64,000 bases of DNA from Gammaproteobacteria bacterium (GTDB lineage: Bacteria > Pseudomonadota > Gammaproteobacteria > Ga0077536), in NCBI GenBank assembly GCA_035325705.1, contig DAOKZI010000006.1:21074-85073 (forward strand), in the 5' to 3' direction. Every line of letters begins with the position of its first letter. Position 1 is the first letter of the stretch. The translations under genes were made by a program, and so were the position numbers. Below, one piece after another: positions 1-9,394 of the stretch. Under the pieces are notes generated by a model. That model made no database searches, was not told where the DNA came from, and was given only the letters and a program-made list of their open reading frames with translations.

Positions 1-1943
1 TCGTTCGTCGCATCGTTGCCGTCGGCGCGGCGGCCGACGTGCGTCGCCGCTACCCGCAGCTCGAGCGAGGAAGCGATCTGCCAGTCCGCGCCGAGATTCG
101 CGGTGAGGCGCGGCACCAGCGGAATGTCCGCATCGAGACCGGCGATGCGCGGCCGCACGTAGCCGAGGCTGCCGCGCAGCGCGAGGACGTCCAGCGGGCG
201 CCACTTAAGGTCCAGCTCGCCGCCGCGACGGCGCGTGCGGCGATCGAGGTTGCGATTCAGCGCCTGGCCCGCCGCGTCCTCGGCGTAGACGATCTCGTCG
301 TCGACGTCGAGGGCGAACACTGCCGCGGCGAGCTCGATGCGCGGCGACGGTGAGAACCTGATCCCGGCATCGAGCCCGCGGCCGCGCTGCGAATGCAGCG
401 AGTCGCTCGCGAACAGACGCTCGTCGACGTTCGGGTTGCGGAAGCTCTGATGCGCGCTGGCATAGACGGTGAGCGCGGGCAGCAGCGCCCAGCTCGCGCC
501 AATCGACCAGGCCTCGTCGCGCGAGCGATCGCGCTGCGCGGCGTCCAGCGCGAAGGCGCTCACGCAGTCGCGCTCGACCGGCAGATCCAGCGGCAAGGGC
601 AGGGGACCGAATGGGGTCTGGACGATCACGGTCTGCGCGACGAGCTCGATGCGGCACCGGCGCTGCAGCGTGCGATCCGTCTGCGCGGAGCCGTAACGGT
701 GGGTCCGGTAGCCGATGCTCAGATCGAGCGCCGGCCAGGGCTCGAGCGTGAGCTCGCCGTAATAGCCGCGCTCGTCGACGCGGCCGCGTCGGCGCTTGCT
801 GCTGCCCGGCACCTGCGTGCCGTTCTCCTGCCGCAGATAGTCGGCGTTGCTGAAATCCGCGCCGAGGATCAGCGCGTGCGTGCGCGCGCCCCGCGCCAGC
901 AGGTATTCGTATTTGAGGCCGGTGCTATGGCTCGCGGTGTCGATGCGATTGATCTGATCGCGAGGCGCGCCGTTCGGGTTGAAACCGATGAAGTAGGGAT
1001 TCGCGCGGTCGCGATAGCTGGCGCGCAGCTCGAGCCGGCCGTAGTGCTCGTGGTCCAGCGCCGCCGTCACGGCGTGGCGCTCCTCGACGGTTTCACCGCG
1101 ATCGTAGGGCCGCTGGGTCTGACGTCGCGCGAAGGACGAGCGTCGGAAATCGGCGAGGCTCAGCGGACCGGGCAGGCCGTAGCTGTCCTCGTGGCGGGAA
1201 GAGCGCAGCGTGAGCTCGAACAGATCGCCGGCGCGCAGGCCGAGGCGCACGGCGCCGTCCCGCTTGTCGATGAACTCGTTGTGGCGATAGCCGTCGCTGT
1301 CGAAGTCGCTGAGCTCGATCCCGAGCGCCACGGGCCCCCAGCTCGCGGCTGCGTGTCCGCGCAGATCGTCGGTGTCGAAGGCGCCGCGGCGGATTTGGAG
1401 CTCGAGCTCGCGCGTGTCGCGCCCCGCCTTGCGCGTGAGGATATTGATGACGCCGCCGACCGCGCCGTTGCCGTAGCGCACGCCGTTGCCGCCGCGCAGC
1501 ACCTCCACGCGCACGACCTGCGACAGCGGCAGCGAGGAGAAATCGGCGCCGGCCAGGTCGTCGGTGTTCAGGCGCACGCCGTCGACCATCACCAGCACGT
1601 TGCTGGTGGCGGTAGCGCCCATGCCGCGCACGTCGATGGTCGCGAACTTGTCGGAGCCGAAGAAGCTCTGGAGATTGAGATTGGCTTCCTGCCGCAGCAG
1701 ATCGACGACGGTCTCGGCGCTCGAGGCGCGGATCTCGCGCTCGGTGATCACCGCGACGCTCTGCGCGCGCCGCCACAGCGGGTATTCGCGCATGCCGCTG
1801 ACGACGACTTCGTCGAGCTCGCTGGCCGCGTCGAGATCGCCGGCCGCACCGGCCGCCACGCCGGATCCGAGCAGCAGCAGTGCGCCCGCGACGCGCAGCG
1901 CAGGCGCGCCGCCCCGGGGGCGACGAAAATTTCGCCGCGTCAT
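1..1943 (-). CDS. TonB-dependent outer-membrane receptor; the 3' end lies beyond the window start
   Basis: Start ATG complement at 1941-1943. The N-terminal signal region (RKFSSPPGGAPALRVAGALLLLGSGVAA) is followed by a TonB-plug region (DVRGMGATATSNVLVMVDGVRLN...VEVLRGGNGVRYGNGAVGGVINILTRK). No listed minus-strand ORF falls in this frame, consistent with one open frame running off the window edge. Confidence 0.85.
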   Translation of the reverse strand, partial: MTRRNFRRPRGGAPALRVAGALLLLGSGVAAGAAGDLDAASELDEVVVSGMREYPLWRRAQSVAVITEREIRASSAETVVDLLRQEANLNLQSFFGSDKFATIDVRGMGATATSNVLVMVDGVRLNTDDLAGADFSSLPLSQVVRVEVLRGGNGVRYGNGAVGGVINILTRKAGRDTRELELQIRRGAFDTDDLRGHAAASWGPVALGIELSDFDSDGYRHNEFIDKRDGAVRLGLRAGDLFELTLRSSRHEDSYGLPGPLSLADFRRSSFARRQTQRPYDRGETVEERHAVTAALDHEHYGRLELRASYRDRANPYFIGFNPNGAPRDQINRIDTASHSTGLKYEYLLARGARTHALILGADFSNADYLRQENGTQVPGSSKRRRGRVDERGYYGELTLEPWPALDLSIGYRTHRYGSAQTDRTLQRRCRIELVAQTVIVQTPFGPLPLPLDLPVERDCVSAFALDAAQRDRSRDEAWSIGASWALLPALTVYASAHQSFRNPNVDERLFASDSLHSQRGRGLDAGIRFSPSPRIELAAAVFALDVDDEIVYAEDAAGQALNRNLDRRTRRRGGELDLKWRPLDVLALRGSLGYVRPRIAGLDADIPLVPRLTANLGADWQIASSLELRVAATHVGRRADGNDATN

Positions 1944-2250
1944 GCCGACACCACGCGAGCCGCTAGCGGCGGACGCGAGGTGGCAGCACGAACACGGAAA
2001 TGGATGAACCGGTGCCTAGCGACAGCAGTCGACTGGACATTAGCCTCCCTCCGAGACGCACTTGGGCAGGCCGGTTCCGGACTTTCCTGCGGCGACGCGT
2101 GAGCGCGCCGGGATCACCGTTGCGGGGGCAGTGTTGGCATTGCGGCCGGGGCCGCGCACCAGACTTCCCGTTTAATCCTCACCTGGCGACTCCGCCTTGG
2201 ATGAGGAACCTGCGTGGAGACACCGCTTGCCGGTGTCTGCGCGCACCATA

Positions 2251-3348
2251 ATGCATGCCGCGGGCTGGCGGCAAGCGGCTCGACTCGAGGCGGGCCGTGC
2301 AGCGCGCGAACGTCGCCTGTGCTGCAATCGCCGTGACGGGCTGCCTGTTAAGCTTGCGATCGTGGATCGCTTCGATCGCATCTTTCTGCTGCACAAGGCC
2401 CTGGTCCGCGCGCGCGTGCCGGTGTCCTGTTCGCAGCTCGAGGAGGCGCTCGAGTGCGCGCGGGCGACGGTGATCCGCACGATCGCCGACATGCGCGATC
2501 ACCTCGGCGCGCCGATCGTCTACGACCGCCCGCGCAACGGTTATCTCTATGCGCGGGACGAGGGCGGCGGGCGCTACGAGTTGCCGGGGCTGTGGTTCAA
2601 CGCCGAGGAGACCTTCGCACTGCTAGCCTGCCATCAACTGCTGCGCTCGCTGCAGCCGGGACTGCTGGACGGCGAAATCGATCCGCTGCGCCAGCGGCTC
2701 GAGCGCCTGCTCGCGACGCGCCAGGGCGGCAAGGGTCAGCTCGCCAGGCGCGTGCGCATCCTCGGCATGGCGCGACGCATGCCGGCGAGCGAGGTCTTCG
2801 GCCCGGTGAGCTCGGCGCTGACGCTGCGCCGGCAGCTCGCCTGCCACTACGACGGCCGCGGCCGCGGCAGTCGTACGGCGCGCACCGTATCGCCGCAGCG
2901 CCTCGTCCACTATCGTGACAACTGGTATCTGGACGCCTGGGATCACGGCGCGCAAGCGCTGCGCACCTTCGCCGTCGAGCGCCTGCGCGAGGCACGCATG
3001 CTCGCGGCGAAGGCGCACGAGGTGAGCGACGCCGCGCTCGATGCCGAGCTCGCCGGCGCTTACGGCATTTTTGCCGGCGCGCCCAGCGCCACCGCGGTGC
3101 TGCGTTTCTCGGCGCGGCGCGCGCGCTGGGTCGCAGACGAAACCTGGCACCCGGCACAGGTCGCGCGCTGGCTCGAGGATGGCCGCTACGAGCTGTCGCT
3201 GCCCTACGGCGATCCGCGCGAGCTCGTGCTGGACGTATTGCGCTTCGGGCCCGACTGTGAGGTCGTGGCGCCGCCGGATCTGCGTGCGCTGGTGCAGAAC
3301 CGCCTGCGCGAGGCGCTGTCTATCTACCAGCCCGCCGCCGGCGAATGA
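2251..3348 (+). CDS. WYL-domain transcriptional regulator (HTH plus WYL)
   Basis: ORF 2197..3348. An internal ATG at 2251 was chosen as start. The motif RLVHYRDNWYLDAWDHGAQALRTFAVERL is typical of a WYL domain. Confidence 0.75.
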   Translation: MHAAGWRQAARLEAGRAARERRLCCNRRDGLPVKLAIVDRFDRIFLLHKALVRARVPVSCSQLEEALECARATVIRTIADMRDHLGAPIVYDRPRNGYLYARDEGGGRYELPGLWFNAEETFALLACHQLLRSLQPGLLDGEIDPLRQRLERLLATRQGGKGQLARRVRILGMARRMPASEVFGPVSSALTLRRQLACHYDGRGRGSRTARTVSPQRLVHYRDNWYLDAWDHGAQALRTFAVERLREARMLAAKAHEVSDAALDAELAGAYGIFAGAPSATAVLRFSARRARWVADETWHPAQVARWLEDGRYELSLPYGDPRELVLDVLRFGPDCEVVAPPDLRALVQNRLREALSIYQPAAGE

Positions 3349-3362
3349 GTGGAGGCTTTACC

Positions 3363-3563
3363 ATGAATGCGATGAGATCCTTGGTCGCAGTACTTGCAGT
3401 CGCTCTCGTCGGATGTGCCGCGCCGCGCGGTGAGGAGGACGGCCCGGTCAGCCGCCTCGACGGCAATTACAAGGCCGGCGCACCGAACTACACGATCGAC
3501 GGCCGGCCGACGATCTGCGACACGGCGGGCTCGCCCGGACGATCGGTGACGCGCTGCTATTGA
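3363..3563 (+). CDS. small putative lipoprotein
   Basis: MNAMRSLVAVLAVALVGCAAP carries a lipobox-like LVGC. The ORF has high GC3. The gene lies just downstream of the WYL regulator. Confidence 0.4.
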   Translation: MNAMRSLVAVLAVALVGCAAPRGEEDGPVSRLDGNYKAGAPNYTIDGRPTICDTAGSPGRSVTRCY

Positions 3564-3594
3564 ATCATCGCAGCAGTCGCGACCGGGGCGGACG

Positions 3595-3990
3595 TATCTT
3601 CGTAGCCCGGAAGCAGCGCAGCGGAATCCGGGCTCGGCATATCGGCCGGCACCGACGTTCGCTGATCGATCGCCACGGCGCTCCCGGATTCCGCGCCGCT
3701 GCGCGGCGCTGCTTCCGGGCTACGAAGATTTGTGGCTTGCCGTGAAAGAGGACGCCCCGTTCTCGTAGCCCGGGTGCAGCGTAGCGGAACCCGGGGTCGG
3801 GCATGCCTGAGACGCAAAGACTTTCGGCCCTGCGCGGGATCTTCCCGAATGCATGAGAGGACGGCGGGCGCCGATCCCGGGTTACGCGCTGCGCGCTCCA
3901 CCCGGGCTACGACACCGCCGAGGCTATGTCTCTTGCATGATTGGGGGTGATGCGCGCGCCTCATCACCGTTGGGCTGACGAAGAAAGCCC
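3595..3990. repeat. REP-like palindromic element cluster (4 units as two inverted pairs) plus a TTGGGCT...AGCCCAG hairpin motif
   Basis: Units of the form GTAGCCCGG(A/G)..GCGCAGCG..ATCCGGG / ACCCGGG sit at about 3598, 3676, 3757 and 3860. The hairpin ccgttgggctgacgaagaaagcccagcg lies at about 3958-3990. Confidence 0.8.
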
Positions 3991-4108
3991 AGCGTCTTCG
4001 TCGTGGCGACGAGCGCCGGGAATGAAACGACATAGGATTCTCTACGCCATGCCGGCGCGGCGGGCTGCGCGGGCACGACGGCGGCGTTTCGATCTTTTTC
4101 ACGGGCAC

Positions 4109-5002
4109 CTACGGCGCTGGATGGCGATCGACGCCAGCCGGCGGGCTGTCCTCCTCAGCGCGCGCCGGCCCGGCCTCGCCGTAGAAAGTGAGCGCCGCCG
4201 TGTCGCAATCCGCGGGATAGAAGGCTTCGATGTGCAGATCCTGCAAGGTCACGTCCAGCGGCGCGGACAGGGTGGTCACGGTGCTGAACATGCGCGCGTT
4301 GCGCGGCGCGCCGAGATTGGTGAGCTCGCAGGGAATGACGAGCCGCCCGGCGTCGCTGGGCAGCGGATTCGACCAGTGCGCGGGAACCTCGGGATAGGCG
4401 AGCAGATCCGCGATCAGCGCGTGCATCGCATGATCGCGGCGCCATAGCGCCGCGCGCTGTGCCTGCTCGAGCATCGCCTGCGCGACTTCTTCCCAGTTCG
4501 CGAGGTAGCGGCGCAGGCCCTGGGGATCGAACACGAGGCGCAGCACGTTGAGACGCGGCTCGGGCAGCACCGTGAACGGCGCCAGGCCCGCCGCGCGCGC
4601 GCCGATGGTGTAGCGCAGGAAGCCGACGTAGGCCGTGTTGGCCATGACGAGATTCCAATAGCGATCGCAGGCGAAGGCGCTGTACGGTTCGTGCGCTTTC
4701 AGGATCAGCTCGAGCGCGAGGCGCACCTCGCGCATGCGTTCGTCATCGAGCGGCGTCTCGCCGTAGACCGGCGCATAGCCGGCCGCGAGCAGCATCGCGT
4801 TGCGCTCGCGCAGCGGAAGATCGAGCGCACGGGCGAGCGTGAGCACCATCTCGCGGCTCGGCGGCGCCGCGCCGCAACTACCCGGCAAGTAAGGCGAGGC
4901 GCGCGTCGGCCGCGCACCCTCACGACGCCGAGGCCCGCCGTCGCGCGGCGCGGCCCGCGCCTGACGGCCGTGCGCGAGCGCGCACGGCATTCTTCGGCAC
5001 AT
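4109..5002 (-). CDS. MmyB-like transcriptional regulator; the N-terminal HTH looks degenerate or truncated
   Basis: PSREMVLTLARALDLPLRERNAMLLAAGYAP matches the end of the XRE-type HTH and the start of the MmyB ligand-binding domain. The upstream in-frame sequence is not HTH-like. Confidence 0.55.
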   Translation of the reverse strand: MCRRMPCALAHGRQARAAPRDGGPRRREGARPTRASPYLPGSCGAAPPSREMVLTLARALDLPLRERNAMLLAAGYAPVYGETPLDDERMREVRLALELILKAHEPYSAFACDRYWNLVMANTAYVGFLRYTIGARAAGLAPFTVLPEPRLNVLRLVFDPQGLRRYLANWEEVAQAMLEQAQRAALWRRDHAMHALIADLLAYPEVPAHWSNPLPSDAGRLVIPCELTNLGAPRNARMFSTVTTLSAPLDVTLQDLHIEAFYPADCDTAALTFYGEAGPARAEEDSPPAGVDRHPAP

Positions 5003-5241
5003 GAAGTTTCATCATCCACCGCCGACCGAGCCCGTCCCGCCGCCGCGGCCGCCGGACGAGCTGCCGCCGGCACGCGAGCCCCTCAACGTGCCCGAGCCGG
5101 ACGATCCGGCCGAAACGCCGGTGGTCGATCCGATCCCACCGCCGCCGCCGACCGAGCTGCCCGAGAGGCGCACGAACTGAGCCACCACCTCGCTTAGCCT
5201 CTTCGGCGTGAACGAACATCATTCCGATCGAGAGGTGAGCG

Positions 5242-5664
5242 ATGGATATCCGGATTGCAGCGACGCTGGTCGACACTTTGCGCTACCGACTCTATGCCCA
5301 GGCCACGATGCCGGGCGAGGGCGAGATCCAGGTCGAGATCGTGCCCGTGATCGGCGGCAAGGAGCGCGGGCCGCGGCGCCCCGCGGTCGTCGCGGATCCG
5401 CCGGCAAGCCTGATCGCGCCGGCGATGCTGAGACCCGCGGAGCTCTCGGCCGCGATCCGCGCGCTGCGCGAACACACTCGGCGCGAAGTGCAGGCGCAGC
5501 TCGAGCACTTCTGTCGCAGCACGGGCCGCGACTGGCAGATCAGGCGCCTGCACTACGGCGAGCTGCTGCCTCAGCCGGAAGCGGCGCAAGCGAGCACGCC
5601 GCGCACCCGCCTCGCCTTGGTCACCGAGGTCGAGCTCGGTGCCTGCGCGCCGATTTTGCACTGA
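5242..5664 (+). CDS. hypothetical protein
   Basis: 140 aa ORF with high GC3 and a protein-like composition. It is divergent from the MmyB-like gene. No recognisable motif. Confidence 0.45.
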   Translation: MDIRIAATLVDTLRYRLYAQATMPGEGEIQVEIVPVIGGKERGPRRPAVVADPPASLIAPAMLRPAELSAAIRALREHTRREVQAQLEHFCRSTGRDWQIRRLHYGELLPQPEAAQASTPRTRLALVTEVELGACAPILH

Positions 5665-5714
5665 GGCAGCCCGCCGGTTCCCGGCGAGCAGGCGACGAAG
5701 GACAAGAGCGTCGT

Positions 5715-5845
5715 AGCCCGGGTGGAGCGCGCAGCGCGTAACCCGGGATCCGCGCCCGCCGTCTTCTCGTGCATTCGCCGAAAGCCGTCGCGTATCGGGC
5801 ATGCCGGATCCCGGGTTCCGCTACGCTGCACCCGGGCTACGTTGT
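5715..5845. repeat. REP-like inverted pair
   Basis: gtcgtagcccgggtggagcgcgcagcgcgtaacccgggatc at about 5717, and its inverted partner ggatcccgggttccgctacgctgcacccgggctacg at about 5805. Confidence 0.8.
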
Positions 5846-5926
5846 TTACGGCGATGACAAAGCCGATGGGCCACGAGCCCGAGCGGAGGACGGTGAAACG
5901 AGACGCCGGGAATCGCGCGCCGCGCT

Positions 5927-6187
5927 TCAGCCGGACTGCAGCAAGAGATAGAGCGCGCAGGCGACGACGCCGGCCAGCGCCGAGCACCACAGGGTCCAGC
6001 GATCGAGGCGGGCCGCCGGGGCGAAGAGCTCGGGGGAGTGAGCGAGGTGCAGCGCGACGAGCTCGCTCGCCGCTTGCTGATCGAGATCGCTCGCCTGGCG
6101 CACCAGCGCGACGGCGAGCCGGCGATTGCCCGCGAGCAGCGCCGAGCGCGCCGCGGGCGGCAGGGCAGGCAAAGCGGAATCCGACAT
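5927..6187 (-). CDS. hypothetical small membrane protein
   Basis: Internal ATG of ORF 5927..6280. The C-terminal stretch WTLWCSALAGVVACALYLLL is hydrophobic. High GC3. Confidence 0.4.
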   Translation of the reverse strand: MSDSALPALPPAARSALLAGNRRLAVALVRQASDLDQQAASELVALHLAHSPELFAPAARLDRWTLWCSALAGVVACALYLLLQSG

Positions 6188-6278
6188 CGCTACACTCCTC
6201 GCACGCGCGCCAACGTGACTTCCCGCGCTGCATCGGCCGGGACGCGCCGCGCCTTGACTCCATTCGGACGAGGACCGC

Positions 6279-6857
6279 ATGCCGCTCTTGCCCGATCCCG
6301 ACTCGACGCTGCCGCTGGACGCGAGCGAGTTCGAGCGCCTGCAAGCGCTGCTCGACGCCGGCGCCGCGCGCGGCTACATGAACGTCGAAATGCTCGACGG
6401 CTACTTCGCGGCGCTGATCTGCGCGCCGCGCCAGGCCTCGACGGGCCTGCGCTTCGGGCCGGTGTTCGGCGTCGAGGTGCTGGCCGAAGCCGAGCTCGCC
6501 GACGCGGCGGCCGTCGAAGCGCTGCTGTGGCGCCACTGGCGCACATTGGTCGCGACGCTGGAGATCGCGCTCGAAGATCCGTCCGTGCAATATCAACCGC
6601 TGCTGTACGAAGACGCGAGCGGCGCGGTCGCCGGCAATGACTGGGTGCGCGGTTTCCTGCGCGGGGCGGCGGACGATCCGGCCGCATGGCGAGGCTTCGA
6701 GGCGGCCGTTCCCCGGGCGCTGGACCCCGTGCGGCGCCTCGCCGAAGAGCCGGTGCAGGGGCCGCGTTACGCGGCGGACGAGCGCGCAGCGCTGCTCGCG
6801 GCCGTCGCCGCGATGCTGGTAACTGCCTATCGCCACTTCGAGGCCGAGCGCGGCTGA
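6279..6857 (+). CDS. UPF0149/YecA-family protein
   Basis: The MLDGYFAALICAP motif is characteristic of the UPF0149 (YgfB/YecA) family. Confidence 0.7.
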   Translation: MPLLPDPDSTLPLDASEFERLQALLDAGAARGYMNVEMLDGYFAALICAPRQASTGLRFGPVFGVEVLAEAELADAAAVEALLWRHWRTLVATLEIALEDPSVQYQPLLYEDASGAVAGNDWVRGFLRGAADDPAAWRGFEAAVPRALDPVRRLAEEPVQGPRYAADERAALLAAVAAMLVTAYRHFEAERG

Positions 6858-6933
6858 GCCGGCGCTGCGCTGTCGGCGCGCATGCGGATCCGGCTAGGAT
6901 GCAGCCTCATCTTCCGCACGGCGAGGTCCCGGC

Positions 6934-7974
6934 ATGCGACTCGGTCTGATGCTCGGCTATTCGGGCGCGCACTACACCTTGCCGATGGACCTCGTGCTCG
7001 AGGCCGAACGGCTCGGTTATCACTCGGCGTGGACCGCGGAAGCCTGGGGTTCCGATGCGGTGACGCCCGTCGCGTGGTTGCTCGCGCGCACCACGCGCCT
7101 GAAGGCCGGCACCGCGATCATGCAGCTCGCCGGCCGCACGCCCGCCTGCGCGGCGATGACGGCGATGACTCTGGATCAGCTTTCCGGCGGCCGCTTCCTG
7201 TGCGGGCTGGGCCCGTCCGGCCCGCAGGTCGTCGAGGGCTGGCACGGCGAGCGCTACGGCAAGCCGCTGACGCGACTGCGCGAGTACATCGAGATCGTGC
7301 GCAGGATCCTCGCCCGCGAAGCGCCGTTGACCTACGAAGGCGAGCATTACCAGATCCCGTATCGCGGTCCCGGCGCGTCCGGACTCGGCAAGCCGCTGAA
7401 GAGCATCCTGCACGGCAATCCGCAGATCCCGATCTACACCGCCGGCATCTCGCCGAACGGCCTCGCCGTGGCCGGCGAGATCGCGGACGGCGTGATCCCG
7501 GTATGGATGAACCCAGAAAATGCGGACATGCTGCGCGCGCCGATCGTAGAAGGCTTCCGCCGCGGCGGTCGGCATACCGACTTCACGAGCTTCGATCTCG
7601 CGCCCTTCGTGCGCGTCGTTCTCGGCGCGGATCTCGAGGCCTGTCGCCGCCAGCTCAAGGAAGGCTTCGCGCTCTACATCGGCGGTATGGGTGCGCGCGG
7701 CAAGAACTTCTACAACGACTACGCCCGTCGTCTCGGCTACGAAGCCGCAGCGAAGCGCGTCCAGGATCTCTACCTTGCCGGCGACAAGGCCGCCGCCGCC
7801 GCGCAGATCCCCGATCGCCTCATCGACGAATGCTCCCTCATCGGCCCCGCCGCTCGCATCCGCGAGCATCTCGCGCCCTGGCGCGATGCCGCCCGCCGCG
7901 GCGAAGTCGGCACGCTGATCTTCACCGTCAACTCGGTCGAAGCGCTGCGTCTGTTGGCGGAGGAGCTGCTTTGA
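6934..7974 (+). CDS. LLM-class (luciferase-like) flavin or F420-dependent oxidoreductase
   Basis: 346 aa with a TIM-barrel LLM-like sequence (GLGPSGPQVVEGWHGERYGKP...IYTAGISPNGLAVAGEIADG). Confidence 0.85.
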   Translation: MRLGLMLGYSGAHYTLPMDLVLEAERLGYHSAWTAEAWGSDAVTPVAWLLARTTRLKAGTAIMQLAGRTPACAAMTAMTLDQLSGGRFLCGLGPSGPQVVEGWHGERYGKPLTRLREYIEIVRRILAREAPLTYEGEHYQIPYRGPGASGLGKPLKSILHGNPQIPIYTAGISPNGLAVAGEIADGVIPVWMNPENADMLRAPIVEGFRRGGRHTDFTSFDLAPFVRVVLGADLEACRRQLKEGFALYIGGMGARGKNFYNDYARRLGYEAAAKRVQDLYLAGDKAAAAAQIPDRLIDECSLIGPAARIREHLAPWRDAARRGEVGTLIFTVNSVEALRLLAEELL

Positions 7975-9362
7975 AGAAGAATCTAGCCACGGAGGGCACG
8001 GAGGAAGAAAAGGATTGATGGGCGTTTCGGCGACGCCGACGCCCCTCGTCTTTTCCCACCCGCCACCGGGCGGTTGTCCGTTCCGCGCTGCCGGACCGGT
8101 CGATGTGCATATCGTTGGCCAACCGACTATGTGATACTGCCGGCCTTCACGATAATCAATAATTAGAAGGTAGCGCCTTGTACAACAATTCCAAAAAACG
8201 TAGTTGTGGCTTGCTGTTTTCCGGTCTCCTGCTCATCTCGGCAGTTCCCGCCCACGCGGCATCCGTCAGTGCCTCGTCGGCGGTGCTGTACGACGAGGGC
8301 TGGTCGGGCCTGACTCAGATTAACGGTACGCCGGGTAACGTGAGCACGGTGAGTTATACCAATGTCAACGGCCTGGCGGCCGGGGCTTATGGGCAGGCGT
8401 CGTTCGGCGCACTGTATGCGAGCGCAAGCTCGGTTGCCGCGGGGGATCACACCCAGACACGTGGCCAAGGCTCCGCCAATTGGGCCGCCGTGCTGACCTT
8501 TTCCGACCTGGCGCTCACTGGAACCACCGCCTACGCGCACGCCAGCTTCCATCTAAACGGCGGCCTGGCTTCCTACTCCGACCCGCTCTCGGTAGGCGCG
8601 CTCGGCAATTCGACCGTCGGGGCAAGCATATTTGTCGGCGGCACAAAGGTATTTGAAGTGCTGGGGCAACTCACGTCACGCAATGGAACCATCATTACCG
8701 ATGACAAGCGCCTCGGCCTGGCGGTGAACGGGGTTTATCAGATGGATCCCACGAACAGTTTGTCCGGCACCTTCTCGTTCGACATCCCCTTTACCTTCGG
8801 CACCCCCTTCCTGATGAACGCGAGTCTGACCGCCTTCACGCAGGCGCTCGCGAGCGCGCCCGGCGATCTCGCGAGCGCCTACAGCAACTTCGGTTCGTCC
8901 GGCTATTGGGGCGGCATCGGCGACGTGCACCTGGCAGATGGCACCGTACTGAGCGGCTACAGCCTTTCTTCCGATTCCGACTTCGATTGGAGCAACGCCT
9001 ATCCCGCCGCCTCACCGGTGCCCGTTCCCGCCGCCATGTGGCTGTTCGGCTTGGGATTGCTGGGCCTGATCGGCTTTGCGCGGCGTACGCCAGGCGCGTA
9101 ACAAGTCAGAAACCGTCCGCCACTGCGTGACGAACGGTTGGCGGGACTTCCGTCAACTCTCGCTTCAGCTCTTGTTCTTGGTGACGGGCTCGCCCTGATC
9201 GGGGGACGGGTCCGGCGCTTCACCGGACGAGGCGACATTCTTCTCCAGCTTGCGCTGGCGCTTCTCTTCCATTTTTTCTTCTTTTGCAGCTCCTTCTGGG
9301 TGATTGAGTGACGGAGGTGCAGTACCAATCAATCTCCTCCTCCGTGCCCTCCGTGGCTAGAA
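7975..9362. mobile_element. MITE-like or TIR-bounded element (about 1.39 kb) carrying a PEP-CTERM protein gene
   Basis: Left end gaagaagaatctagccacggagggcacggaggaagaaaaggattgatggg (7975-8025). Right end, reverse-complemented, gaagagattctagccacggagggcacggaggaggagattgattgg (about 9315-9362). Inverted-repeat identity runs about 30 of 32 nt, with extended similarity beyond. The interior has an AT-rich promoter-like stretch at 8030-8178. Confidence 0.55.
8178..9101 (+). CDS. PEP-CTERM sorting-domain secreted protein
   Basis: TTG start. Signal peptide LLFSGLLLISAVPAHA. The C-terminus VPVPAAMWLFGLGLLGLIGFARRTPGA is the classic PEP-CTERM layout (VPxP, then a TM helix, then basic residues). Confidence 0.8.
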   Translation: MYNNSKKRSCGLLFSGLLLISAVPAHAASVSASSAVLYDEGWSGLTQINGTPGNVSTVSYTNVNGLAAGAYGQASFGALYASASSVAAGDHTQTRGQGSANWAAVLTFSDLALTGTTAYAHASFHLNGGLASYSDPLSVGALGNSTVGASIFVGGTKVFEVLGQLTSRNGTIITDDKRLGLAVNGVYQMDPTNSLSGTFSFDIPFTFGTPFLMNASLTAFTQALASAPGDLASAYSNFGSSGYWGGIGDVHLADGTVLSGYSLSSDSDFDWSNAYPAASPVPVPAAMWLFGLGLLGLIGFARRTPGA

Positions 9363-9394
9363 TCTCTTCAACTCCACGCATGGAACGGCACTGA

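Noticed and set aside
393-2102. 569 aa plus-strand ORF overlapping the TonB receptor gene
   Set aside because: It is antisense to a gene with clear TonB-plug motifs. The Arg/Ala/Gly-rich composition is typical of GC-rich antisense frames.
9140-9270. 35 aa minus-strand ORF (MEEKRQRKLEKNVASSGEAPDPSPDQGEPVTKNKS) inside the TIR-bounded element
   Set aside because: It is too short and lacks supporting motifs. It could be a small protein but is not supportable from sequence alone.
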